64,000 nt of DNA from Octopus vulgaris (Eukaryota), in NCBI GenBank assembly GCA_951406725.2, contig OX597821.1:86428001-86492000 (forward strand), read 5' to 3'. The position numbers and the translations under genes are program-made. The notes under the pieces were generated by a model. The model saw only the letters and a list, made by a program, of their open reading frames with translations, ran no database searches and was not told where the DNA came from. How positions within the stretch are numbered: the stretch's first letter is position 1; every line of letters begins with the position of its first letter. Shown piece after piece: positions 1 to 11,989 of this stretch.

Positions 1-545
1 GACCTGGTCCCTGTAAACCTTACGTGCCAGAAGGAAATATTCAGCTTCCAGGAACTAGACCCTAACCAACGCGTCTTATCTAGGTCGACCGTAAAGACTA
101 CAAATTTGTGATATAAATAGTCAACCGTTTTAAAAAGTGGACAGCCTACACTATTGCTATCTATTTTCCAAGTGAAAATCATGTCTATGTACGATCTAGA
201 TGACCCTATGCAGTTGGTACAGGTCCACACTTGCGCATTAAGGAAATCTCGTTGGTACCTATCAGATAGTTGGAACTGGCTGATCAGGTGCGTTAGGCTT
301 TTGTACCCACCCCGTTTCTATCAGCTACTACCACAAAATCCCAGCGTACGTCTAAGATGCCATTCCAGTCCCCCACTAACAATAACGGGCGACATATACC
401 TAGAAAGGCTTCCAGACGCCTATAGAAATCCGGCTGTTTGGCTCCGGTAGGGGCATAGATGGCCACCAGTCTACAGGCACCAGCTTCGCTCTTGCTCACA
501 TCCAGGATCACCAACTTACCTAATCGGGGTAAGTACTTTCCTGTC
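1..545 (-). mobile_element. L1/Tx1-like LINE ORF2 fragment (APE endonuclease)
   Basis: Minus-strand translation RLVAIYAPTG...FYRRLEAFL...LLLVGDWNGILD matches the YAP and GD[FW]N motifs of L1/Tx1 AP endonucleases; degenerate, runs off the window start. Confidence 0.75.
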
Positions 546-743
546 CGTCTTAGTATCGAATATATGTCAGTATGTTTTGTTGTCGTCTGTTGTGTTCTTG
601 GTCCAATTTTTGGAATTATATATACATAGAGCGACGTACGTACACATTTGCTCACCATTTTGATCGTTCGATTGATCGATAGACAGATAGATAGACAAAT
701 AGATAGACAGACAGATAGACCGACAGAAACATACATACATACA

Positions 744-775
<32 letters not shown>

Positions 776-791
776 CGTTTGCTTCTCCTAG

Positions 792-894
792 AAATTCGCT
801 CTCCCTGAACATGCTGGAATTCCTGTTGGAGGTAAAGATGATCCTGCATACTACTTACTGGAAATGCATTACGATAATCCACACAGGAAGGAAG
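792..894 (+). CDS. MOXD1: DBH-like monooxygenase gene 1, internal exon (end of Cu2_monooxygen N domain)
   Basis: ctag|...|gtaggt; translates KFALPEHAGIPVGGKDDPAYYLLEMHYDNPHRKE(G), the conserved 'LE.HYDNP' block of MOXD1/DBH; ends phase 1. Symbol means family-level similarity, not proven orthology. Confidence 0.9.
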
Positions 895-1221
895 GTAGGT
901 TCATATTTGTTCCCTGTATTTGAAATATTTGTGTGTCCTACATGATTAGATTGTTTGACATACTCTTCTCTTTGGCATACTCTTTGATATACTCTTCTCT
1001 TTGACATACTCTTTGACATACTCTTCTCTTTCACATACTGATTTATTTATTCTGCTTTCCTCTTCGACGTACTCTCATGTTTGGCATTCTTTTCTATTTG
1101 ACTAACTCTCCAGTTTAACATTTTTTTCGACTTGATTAACTCTCTATTTTATCCTCTCATTTTCCTTTTATTTTTATCTTTGCAATTAAGATATTTCAAT
1201 TTGCTTTTCTCCATATTGTAG

Positions 1222-1388
1222 GCATCATCGATTCCTCCGGAATAGATATAACTCTTACTAAATCTAAACGTCAATACGATGCTGGAACATTATCAATAGG
1301 ATATGCTGTGCGTGGTTATTCGCAATTAATTCCACCTTATGCCGAAGAATTCAAATATTACGGAAACTGTGAGGCGTGTGGGTCTATG
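1222..1388 (+). CDS. MOXD1: DBH-like monooxygenase gene 1, internal exon
   Basis: tgtag|...|gtaagt; phase-compatible with the previous exon; GIIDSSGIDITLTKSKRQYDAGTLSIG...LIPPYAEEFKYYGNC matches the DSSG / R.YDAG / IPP motifs. Confidence 0.9.
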
Positions 1389-2085
1389 GTAAGTGTTTTA
1401 AATTTAATCTTTATAAAGTCTCGTGAAATAAGGTTTCTAACAATACCGTTTGCACAATGAATGAATTCAATGGAATTGTGAAATAAATAAATTGAAACTG
1501 GGTTAGATACACGACATCTTTAGTATTAATCCCTTGTTTTCTCTAAATTATATTATTAGTGATAATATATAAGGATGATGAACGACTTGATAATGTATTG
1601 ACATTTATTCATATGCTGGATTGATTGAACAGTAGAAAGCCGAAATAAAAACCCTTTTAGTTTATTTACGTTCCTTTATCTTACGAACATATACACCTCT
1701 ATATATAATTTGCCTTCCAGTAGCGTTTAGGTTGATAGAATATTTTTAATCAATAAATTCTACATTTACATAAGTATGGTTTTATAAAAATGCATGAATT
1801 ACCAGCGTAACTCTACTGTGAAGCTTATACATCTGTTCCATTCACACTCTGGAATAGATAAAACAAATACCAGTCAAGTTTAGTGGTCAATTAGAATGAC
1901 CACACGACATCAAAATATATGGCTTTCTTAAAGGGCCAAACACTAAAACATTTCCAACAAAACTAACAGACAGAAAAGTGCTGGGCCAGGTTTGTAGACA
2001 TATCCTGCTTACCAAAGTAGATATACCCTCGTACCCGTGTTTGAAGCAATTACTTAAGACAGTTTTATTTCATTTTCCCCTAAAG

Positions 2086-2289
2086 ATTACACCTGAAGGA
2101 AATAACCAATGGAATGAGGACGGAGTTAAAATGTTTGCTGTTCTACTTCATGCACACCTGGCAGGGAGAAAGATAAGGGTTCGTCATATTCGCAATGGTA
2201 AACTGCTTCCTGATGTTATGTATGATGAAAATTATGATTTCAATTACCAAGAAACGAGGTACATGAAGAAGGAAACTATACTTTTAAAG
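2086..2289 (+). CDS. MOXD1: DBH-like monooxygenase gene 1, exon with CuM His ligands
   Basis: taaag|...|gtaaga; ITPEG...FAVLLHAHLAGRKIRVRHIRNG...DENYDFNYQE contains the HxH CuM motif and YDFNYQ. Confidence 0.93.
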
Positions 2290-2474
2290 GTAAGATATAT
2301 GAATATACCCTGAAAACACTCGCACACGCGCTTACGAAAGTGCATACGCAACACACACGTGCAATAACAAGTAAACACTCACTTCTGAAGGCATGTGTGG
2401 ACACCATCGTGTATATGCGCGTATATGTATATAAGAAGTATACAAACGTGTGTATGAGTATATATATATGTATA

Positions 2475-2510
<36 letters not shown>

Positions 2511-2695
2511 CATATATAATAGAAATATTAAAATTACTAAGTCTCTATAAAAGAGATTACGGCAGCGTTTACTGGAAATTTATTGTTATCGCCATATTAA
2601 TATGGCATTCTTATAGATATTAGAATAATCGCTGCCATGGTAAATATAAGCCTTCGAACAGAGACGTCAGTGGCGACACCTGCGGGTCTGACTGC

Positions 2696-2737
2696 GCTAC
2701 ATTGACAAGGGGCAATACCCCGAAACGCGTCTGTAGC
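2696..2737 (+). ncRNA. Minimal type I hammerhead ribozyme, U3-A8 core variant (copy 1)
   Basis: GCTACA-TTGACAA-GGGG(caata)CCCC-GAAA-CGCG-TC-TGTAGC: 6-bp stem I, 4-bp stem II, palindromic stem III; predicted cleavage after C2731 (GUC). Confidence 0.8.
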
Positions 2738-3054
2738 TGTCGGACTGGCAGTGTGAAGCGGCTGACCTCCCTTGTTCGAAGGTTATAATGGATACAGATC
2801 GTGTATCAATAGCTATCTTGATGGCGGTGGCCTCATGGAGATGACCATGGCAGCGATTATTCTTATATCTATAAGAATGCCATATTAATATGGCGATAAC
2901 AATTTCCAGTAAACGCTGCCGTAATCTCTTTTATAGAGACTTAGTAATTTTAATATTTCTATTATTGAAAACAAGTGGATGTATTCCACTGAAACTAGGT
3001 AAATATAAGCCTTCGAACAGAGACGTCAGTGGCGACTCCTGCGGGTCTGACTGC

Positions 3055-3096
3055 GCTACATTGACAAGGGGCAATACCCCGAAACGCGTCTGTAGC
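3055..3096 (+). ncRNA. Minimal type I hammerhead ribozyme, U3-A8 core variant (copy 2)
   Basis: Identical 42-nt motif 359 nt downstream of copy 1; predicted cleavage after C3090. Confidence 0.8.
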
Positions 3097-3264
3097 TGTC
3101 GGACTGGCAGTGTGAAGCGGCTGACCTCCCTTGTTCGAAGGTTATAATGAATACAGATCGTGTATCAATAGCTACCTTGATGGCGGTGGCCTCATGGAGC
3201 TGACCATGGCAGCGATTATTCTTATATCTATAAGAATGCCATATTAATATGGCGATAACAATTA

Positions 3265-3562
<298 letters not shown>

Positions 3563-5285
3563 GGTCCCACTCCCGAACTATACCGTCGTTACACTGACGA
3601 CATTATCGGTGCCACTTCACTCTCCCGTGAACATCTAGATTCCTTCCTCTCTTTCGTTCAATCCTTCCATCCTGCCCTCCACTTCACCTCCACTATCTCC
3701 AACACCTCTATCTCCTTCCTCGACATTTCGGTCAGTATTCTTCACTCCACTCTTACCCCCTTCATCCACTACAAACACACAGACTCACACTCATACCTAA
3801 TCTTCTCTTCCTCCCACCCCAAACACACCAAGCTTTCCATCCCCTATTCCCAATTCCTCCGTCTACGTAGGCTCTGTAGTGACGACCATGACTTTGAGAC
3901 TCAGTCTCAACGCATGGCTCGCCACTTCATCCTACGTGGATACTCCCTCACCACTATCCACACCGCCCTTGCCAGAGCACGTTCCGTAGACCGTGCATCT
4001 GCTCTCTCCACTCGAACCCGCCCTGTAGTCTCCCGCCTTCCTTTTCCCCTCACTTACCACCCCACGACCCTACCTCCCCAACGCACCATTCTTCGAGCTT
4101 TCCGGCATCTCCAGTCCGACCCGTCCACTTCACACCTCTTCCCTAACCGACCCCTCCCCTCCTTCAAACGAGCCCATCACCTACGAGACCTTTTGGTCCA
4201 CAGCTCCTTCCCTGACCCTACCTCCCAACATGGCTCGTTCCCCTGCTCCCGCCCACGTTGCCGCACTTGCCCTATCTCTCCAACACCACCCTCCTCACCG
4301 GCACCCATGATCGACCCTATCGCATCATCAACTCCTTCACCTGCACCTCCAGCGATATCATCTATTGTATCTCTTGCTCTCTCTGCCCTTCCTTGTACAT
4401 CGGACTTACGGGACGCCGCTTGGCTGACTGGTTCGCGGAACACCTCCGTGACATCCTCCTTGCCAACGACACACCGGTCTCACGCCATTTCCACTCCACC
4501 GGTCATTCCTTGCAACACCTGTCTGTGTTCGGTTTGTCCTTGCACAGAGGCCATCCGGATTCCCGTTTGCGCCGTGAACAGGGATTAATCTTCTCTCTTC
4601 GCTCTTTTACGCCATTTGGTCTCAACTCTCCCCCCTCCTTATCTAACCTCCCACCCTATCATCTAACCTCCCCCGACTCCTACTTCTCTTCAGTCCTTCA
4701 TCTTTTCACCACTACTCTCTTCCCCTCTCTTTCCCTCCGCCTCCCTTCTTTCCTCTTTCTTCTTCCTTCTTCCCCTTCTCTCTTTCTCTCTTCTCCCTCA
4801 CTCCCCTTCTCCCCCTTCTCTCCCCATCATCTCATCTATCACCCCATCTCACCCCCCTCATCTCTCCTCCCCCCTCCCCCTCTCTCTACGCTACACCATA
4901 CGACATTACACATCACATCGTACATACATACACACGTCCAGACCTTTCATACGTACATACATACTCTCTCATACACACACGCACCCTTATGTTGGGGCGA
5001 AGTCATTTGACCCTGTTATCTCCCCTACTTTCCCTCTCACGTCTGATCTCCGACTTCTGGCCGAAATCACACCACCATGTTGAATCGTTAGCTCCTGCAC
5101 GCATTTTTTTCTCTCCTTGTTTCTCTCCGTGTTTCTTTTCTGTGTATCTTTCTGTTGAAGAGCGTAGGCTCGAAACGTAAAAGACTTGTTTTATTTCTAT
5201 TCCTGAGCGCCATACTAATACAATTGTTTGTTTGTACTCCATCTGCCTTCGTCTTTTGTTTATTTTCATAAAGTTCCCGTTATAT
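3563..5285 (+). mobile_element. Penelope-like element, 5'-truncated (RT C-terminus + GIY-YIG endonuclease + pseudo-LTR)
   Basis: YRRYTDD, FLDI, '[15 protein letters not shown]' (PLE RT/thumb), Cys linker CSRPRCRTC, then after a frameshift near 4275 [22 protein letters not shown] (GIY-YIG); inserted in (TA)n; hammerhead-like motif in the 3' terminus. Confidence 0.9.
5147..5184 (+). ncRNA. Hammerhead-like motif in the PLE 3' terminus (variant core)
   Basis: TCTTT-CTGTTGA-A-GAGC(gtag)GCTC-GAAA-CG-TA-AAAGA; stems I and II intact, A6 replaced by U, extra A after the core. Confidence 0.6.
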
Positions 5286-5330
5286 ATGTATATATATAGG
5301 CGCAGGAGTGGCTGTGTGGTAAGTAGCTTG

Positions 5331-7526
5331 GTTACAGGTTGCTTCTGCGCATGTGCGAGTCAGTGTTGTGTTTGGCACTGAAGCGGTGAAGACGTGCTTT
5401 TGAAGCCGTCTTGAATTGAACATTTTTGAAGCCCCATTGTAAGGTAAGATTCTGTTTTCTGGGTCCAGTGGGAATTTTTGTTGAAAATTGTTTTTTACAG
5501 GCAGGAAGTCCTACTGGATTCAGAATTCTGATTCTGCCGACATGGGGCAAATATATTTTTCTCGCTGAATTGTGAGAATTTTTGGTGGGCGTATTCGTCT
5601 TCGATAATTGAGTGAATATTTTTCTCACCTAATTATGAGAATTGTATTGTGCTGTGAAGAACTTTAAGAATTGTGAAAACTGTTATATAGGGGAGTGTTT
5701 TGCCTCCGAAGTTCGAACAATTTTTACCAATTTTACACCAATTTTTGTGGAAGTTGTCTTCCAGTTGCGGCGTTCCGGGTTCAATTTAGGACGGGAGTAC
5801 CGAATGGCCAGAAGATTTTTTGCTGTGTTATTCTTTCTTGTGACTTTCTTTTGAACTTTATTTGATTTTCTCCTTTTTTTGTTTATTGTGACTTTCTTCT
5901 GATTTCTTTTTCTTCTCGCTTTTTAAGTTTTATTTTGAATATATTTTTAAAAAATGAAAAAAAAACATGGCAATGAAAAATGACAAAATTTTGGAATGGG
6001 AGATCAACCCGCCTAAACAGTGGTTAAAAGACCGTGAAGATAGGACGGTGGTGTTGAGAACCTACTCCAAGGCACTCGACACCATCGCTCTATTCGAAAA
6101 GACGGCAATTGAAAAGGAGTTGGCAGAGTATTTGCCAACAATTAAATTCATTTCCAGGGGTGTCAAATATGCAACGGTGTGGTTGCTATTTGACACCCCT
6201 GAAGAGGCTTGCAAATTTGCTAGCAAACCTCTGGAGGGTAAGGAAATTTTATTCCTGTCCACGTACCAAAAAAAGAGACTGACGAAAGCTTGGATTTGCG
6301 GGCTACCACCCGGGATAGAACCCGAGTGGATAGAGGAGACAATCCGCCGGGGTCTGAGTGGCAGCGAAACTAAGCTCCTTAATGTAAAAGTTCTTCCTGC
6401 GGCTGCTTGGGTTGGGTCAAAAGCAATTTTGACCCTTTGGACCCAATCAGCCAATCTGGTTCTTCCAGATTTTTTTTAAATGGCCGGGTGCAGGTACCCG
6501 GTGATGCTTGAGGCTCGGTCCCCTAAGTGTCATCGGTGCTTGGAGTCCGGCCATATAAAGAAGAACTGTCCCCGGGAACAAAATAGGATCCCTGAACAGT
6601 TAAGTGAAACCCCTGTAGAAGAGGGAATGATAACGGCCGAGGAAGCAGAGGACTCCTCAAACAGAGGCCGAAAGTGGAAGGTGAGCAACAATGGGTGCTC
6701 ACCAAAGGATACTAGGGATGAGGAGGGAAAGGCGAATCTTCCGGCCACGGAGGAGACGCACCCTCCCACAGTTGAAAAGAAAAAAAAGAAAAAGAGGAAG
6801 AGAAACGGGACATTACTGGCTGTCGGTGACATAGCACCGGAATGTCCCGGAACTACGTCGGTTGAGGTTGTGCCACCGACAGGAGAAAAAATACCGTTGG
6901 CGGGAACTGTGCCGCCAACGAAAGAATTGAATATCCCGCACCCGAACAAAATCGAGGTATTGATCCTCTTCTATAGAGGCGGAGAAATTGAAAAGGTGAT
7001 GGAAAAGCACCACAAGGGAGCACCTTTAGCCTTCACACAGGACCCCGAATGGCCTCCGCAGGTAGCTGTGGAGGCCGTGGCGTTCGACGTGCGGCTTGGG
7101 CTGAAGGAGCTCAATGAGGATTATAGCTTGGTCCCGAGCGACGCTAACTCGGAACACGATTACGTTCTGAGGAAGGCGTGGTGGATGGTGGAGGGCGCGG
7201 ACACAAGTTATTTCGAGGACGAGTCAAATTGTGATACGACTTGAGGGGCCCCGACCTAGAGCTGGCGCATTCCTAAGGGAAGTGTAAGCCAGGTCTGGGA
7301 GGAGGGGCCTTGTGTATTGTATTTATATATGTAATTATTGAACTATGTTATTAGTAATGGACTGCTAAGTCTAAAAATTAAAAAAATTGTAAGAGGTTTA
7401 ATACCTCGTTTTGTGTTTGTTCCCCATCATCTTTCTTTCATTATCATTCACTTCATTAATGTCCTCGTCCAGCCCGCAAAGCTAACTTACTCTATGTACT
7501 GCCTTCATGGCAAATGTTATGAAATA
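5331..7526 (+). mobile_element. ORF1-only L1/Tx1-like retroelement (HAL1-like) with 10-bp TSD
   Basis: Flanked by direct repeat AAGTAGCTTG (5321-5330 / 7527-7536); ends in AATAAA; encodes a zinc-knuckle ORF but no RT or endonuclease. Confidence 0.75.
5967..7244 (+). pseudogene. Gag-like/ORF1 protein with CCHC zinc knuckle, one in-frame stop
   Basis: ORFs 5967-6479 and 6480-7244 are in the same frame, joined TAA-ATG; CHRCLESGHIKKNC knuckle; basic run KKKKKKRKR. Confidence 0.75.
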
Positions 7527-7669
7527 AAGTAGCTTGCTAACCAACCACATGGTTCCGGGTTCAATCCCACTGCGTGGCATCTTGGGCAAATGTTTCTGCT
7601 ATAGCCCCCAGGCCGACCAATGCCTTGTGAGTGGATTTGGTAGACGGAAACTGAAAGAAGCCTGTCGTA

Positions 7670-7739
<70 letters not shown>

Positions 7740-8769
7740 CGTGCGTGTGCGTGTATGTGTGTGTGTTTGTGTGTTTGTCCCCCTAGCATTGCTTGACAAC
7801 CAATGCTGGTGTGTTTACGTCCCTGTCACTTAGCGGTTCGGCAAAAGAGACCGATAGAATAAGTACTGGGCTTACAAAGAATAAGTCCCGGGGTCGATTT
7901 GCTCGACTAAAGGTGGTGCTCCAGCATGGCCGCAGTCAAATGACTGAAACAAGTAAACGAGTAAAGAGTAAAAGAGTATATATATTTATATTCCTGAGCG
8001 CCATACTAATACAATTGTTTGTTTGTATTCCACCTGCCTTCGTCTTTTGTTTATTTTCATAAAGCTTCCCGTTATATATATATATATACATACATGCATA
8101 AATTTCTAGTAGTGTGATGTATAGATTCATAGAATATTGTGGCCAACGGACCTCATAGTAATCCAATGCAGAGGAATATAATGGAGAGTTTGATACAACT
8201 GAAATCATGAAGATCCGATCGATGAAATTATTTAATGAGGAGTATACAAATTATAAAATTGCCAAGAGATATGAAGAGTGCGTATATTTACTTGAACACT
8301 TTTAATTCCTAGGATTACGGCCGTTTTGCAGCCTTCTTCGTGTAACAATAATTTCAATGTATAATAAATTATGTTTCTATGGCTGCATCAATATACATGT
8401 TATGCTTTATACAATACAATTGTATATTCACAAATCAATGCAAATAAATAAAGCTAGTTCCTCAGATGACCAGAACATCATGATTAAACCAACAATTCGA
8501 CTATGTCTACCAATTTAATATGCTCTCTGGGCATGCCGACGCACCACCGAGGTAAGGTGTGTCGACAGTTCAGGTCTTCGAAGGTACACAGCTCTGACAA
8601 GTGATCAAACCTCTTTCACCTCTTCTCCTGGACTAGTACAATTGAGCATTGTCATTCTAGGAATGGAATATTCTGATCAATGTCAGTGACTTCTATGTCT
8701 TCGTATCCATACACATCAGTTCGTTCTTTTTTACACTGTATAACTCTACATCCAGCATTATTATTATTG

Positions 8770-10440
8770 AAGATGTCGTACGATATCCAGTATCATGATG
8801 TCGACTGAGCATATTGTGCCTACCGGGCGTTTGTACTGCCTGTGAAGTGAAAATAAGGATCTTAGACTGACATTACTTTACACAATACGGACGCAGTTCC
8901 AAGTAAAGCCGACTTATGCAATACACCTAGATTGTAGGGCATTTCTAAAGATTCCATATATTGAGGCTGATTGGTATTGAACCCAATGCTCCATTGATAA
9001 CGGGACAACCTTTATGTTTGACTCTCGTTGCTGCCACATCTTAGCAATCTCAATTCTCAGAGCTCAATATTCAACAATCTTTCTCTTTCTTTCATGATAA
9101 TATGTTGATATCCAGTCACTGTCCCGTCAATTGTTAGGCACTCTTGTTTGCCCCTCCTAAATGTTAACATATCCAGCTTTCGGTGCACTAACACCATGTC
9201 TGTCTGGAAGTCAAAATCCAAGAGGATGTTTGTCTTCCCGTTTTAGTCCATTATTTTTTCCAGTGTATGTTAGTATCAAACACTTGTTACCTGGTATCCA
9301 TGTTTCCAGCATATTAACCAGTGAACGTTTCGGGCTACCTTGCCGTGTCTGCGCTTGTACTCTTTCTGCGCAAGACTTTCACAAGCACTAACAATGTGAG
9401 TTACGCTTTTGACCTTCTTCCTACATATTCTGCAGAAGTTCGTTGCACTTGTGTGATATAGATCCCTTTTTACTGGTTGGTATTCTTGGGGAGCGATGCT
9501 TAGGCTTTCATTATTCTTTTTAAGGTCACCCTTGCTGAGCCACCTCCGTAATGCTTCCTGGTCTTTTAAATTGTTAGTTTCACGGTGGAGCTAACCATGT
9601 AATTCCATGCGAAGTAGAATTGCTACTTTCTGGTTAGTTATTCTTGATCGGAATTCCTTAACACTCTCAAGTTCGTTGCTAGTAAATCCTTTTGCATTAG
9701 CTGCATTTTGTAGCAAGTCTTGTCTGCTATTTACCAAATACTATATAATTTTTTTTCTTTATTTGTTGATGCACTCTCGTACGCCAATGAGGCCACCTCC
9801 ACCTTTACACTGCAACATGTGTACGTTCGCGTTAGGTCACAGGGTATCATGCATTGTTATCGTCTTTTGGGTAGTGTGATGGAGTTGTTCAATCTCGGCT
9901 CGTGTCCATTTCAGGATGGGTGCGCTGTAACAGACTACAGCAACAGCCCATATGTTGAGTTAAGGATCCTTGAGTTAAGTTTTGATTTTAAGAGTAATTT
10001 GAGGTGCTTCAAATGTGCAGTGATGACCTTGTCTTTCATTTCTCTGTGCAATATATTGTCCAGCTCCATGATCCCAAGTGAATTGTAGCCATCGTCATCC
10101 AGGTCCTCAATTCTCTCTCCGCTTGGCTAAGCTACGCCCTTACAAACTGCTCTTTTGCCCCGTTTCAAAGTGAGCACAACACACATCGAAATACCGAATC
10201 CCACCCCTATATCCTTGCTGCACATCTATAATCTCAACCAGCCCCTCCATTTCAGGTTCTGTTTTTCAGAACAGTTTTAAATCATCCATGAAGAGAAGGC
10301 GGTTGAGACGAGGTTGATTCTTTGCATAAGACTACAGAAAGTGGGGGTCAAGGCTATAACAAATAACAAAGGGGAATAAAAGTTTCCCTGGAAGATATCT
10401 CTTTTGGTTGTTACCTCGGCTAAGTGCTGGTTGTAACGAA
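8770..10440 (-). mobile_element. Decayed R4/Dong-like LINE fragments (RT + RLE end)
   Basis: Minus-strand remnants IFQG..SPLLFVIAL, LLFMDDLKL and KSALLGTA; many stops and frameshifts. Confidence 0.65.
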
Positions 10441-10561
10441 AACACCTGTTTTCCAACTAGACACGCTGTTCTTAATCAATGCACACACATTTTCAATTAT
10501 TCTACACGTGTCAAGTGTTTCCAAAACCCACGAATTCGGCAACATGTCGTAAGCCTTTTAT

Positions 10562-10574
10562 TAATATTATTATT

Positions 10575-10648
<74 letters not shown>

Positions 10649-10658
10649 CGTCGTTGTT

Positions 10659-10699
<41 letters not shown>

Positions 10700-10700
10700 T
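10562..10700. repeat. Compound (TTA)/(GTT)n/(GTC)n microsatellite
   Basis: Direct reading. Confidence 0.95.
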
Positions 10701-10739
10701 GGTATTGTTTTGTAGTCTTATTTTATTACATGCTTTCAC

Positions 10740-11850
10740 TGTATTACCGAACGCAGCTCTGTGTGCCTTGGATATGTTCTATGATTTGTTGTGGTGCTCT
10801 CATTTTCACCGTATTGAAATTTTTTTGCGTGGGGTGTGTACGGTGCCATTTTCTGTATGTTATATATATACTTGTAAGTTCGGGTGCTTTTATGTATTTG
10901 CCTGAATATTTTTTTATCATAGCTAATACGCCTGCTATAACAGGAATTGTCTCTCTTTTTGGACTCTACATTCGAGTTACCACTATTTTCAGGTCTTTGT
11001 ATTTCGAAAGTTTCTGCATTTCTTTCAGAGAAATGTTGTCAACTGCTGGTATTGATACATCAATTAGAAAGCATTTTTTTCTTCATCATCTCTGACAACT
11101 ATATCTGGCCTGTTGGCCTTAATTTCTCTATCTGTGTGTATCGGCATATTCCAGAGTATGGTTGCTTTCTCGTTTTCTGTGACATGTTCTGGTGTTTGCC
11201 TATACCATCTTTTTCTGTTGTTATTCCATAGTGTTGGCATAGCTTCCAGTAGGTTCCAACTCTGTCGTGTCTGTGAATATATTCCTTCTTAGCCAGGACT
11301 GAACAGCCAGAGATAATATGAATTATTGTTTCTTGTCCATCTCCACATATTCTGCAGTTACTTGTTATGTTTCTTTTCATCATATGTTTTTGGTAATTTC
11401 TGGTGGGGAGGCTTTGGTCTTGTGCTGCAATTAAAAATCCCTCTGTTTCTGCTTTGAGTCCTGAGCTTCTCAACCATTGCTGGGATTTTTCTTTGTCTAT
11501 TTCTTTTGCGTTTAGTTTAGTCCAGTATTTACCATGAAGGGGCTTTTCTTGCCATCGTTTTATCATGGTTCGTTGCTGTTCTACTTTTAGTTTGGATTTC
11601 ATTTGTTTTATAGCTTTTGTTGTTTCTTCTTCTTCTTCATATTTGTTAGGTAGTATGACTTCTTGTTTTTATTTGTCAGCTTCTTTCAATACTGAAAACA
11701 GTTTTGTGTTTTGCTCGTGTTTTGCCGCTATAGGTATTAGTTTTCCATGCTTCTGAAGTAGGTAATATTGCAGTCATATGGTGGCTATTTTATAATAGCT
11801 TTCCAGCTGTATAAGGTCTCTTCTAGCTTCTATACGTTGTATATATAACG
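10740..11850 (-). mobile_element. R4/Dong-like LINE 3' fragment (CCHC finger + RLE region)
   Basis: WQEKPLHGKY...WLRSSGLKAETEGFLIAAQDQ...CRICGDGQETIIHIISGC...RHD. Confidence 0.85.
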
Positions 11851-11989
11851 TCTCTTATATTCCTTCTATGCTAGTGGCGTACATTGGCTGATAATATGCC
11901 ATACGGTTTCACCGTTTTGTCAACAGATTCTGCACTTATCACTTTTTGATGTACTGTCTACTCTGTATTTTATGTAGTTTGTTCTTAGT

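Larger units (their letters stand above)
2517..3262. repeat. Compound direct + inverted repeat (PLE pseudo-LTR / retrozyme-like)
   Basis: 2517-2641 is the reverse complement of 2844-2964; ~2639-2903 is directly repeated at ~2998-3262 (period 359); flanked by (TA)n on both sides. Confidence 0.9.
5299..7975 (+). mobile_element. tRNA-derived SINE split by a 2.2-kb insertion (head 5299-5330, body 7527-7975)
   Basis: Head GGCGCAGGAGTGGCTGTGTGGTAAGTAGCTTG resumes as CTAACCAACCACATGGTTCCGGGTTCAATCCC; an intact copy of the same SINE lies at 23084-23500; AAGAGT-type tail. Confidence 0.85.

Noticed and set aside
567-882. Low-complexity ORFs (YVCM, YIYI, poly-I/N/L/Y), here and throughout the window
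   Set aside because: Translations of microsatellites; not genes
6468-6482. Programmed frameshift at TTTTTTTTAAA
   Set aside because: The two ORFs are in the same frame, so this is an in-frame stop, not a shift site
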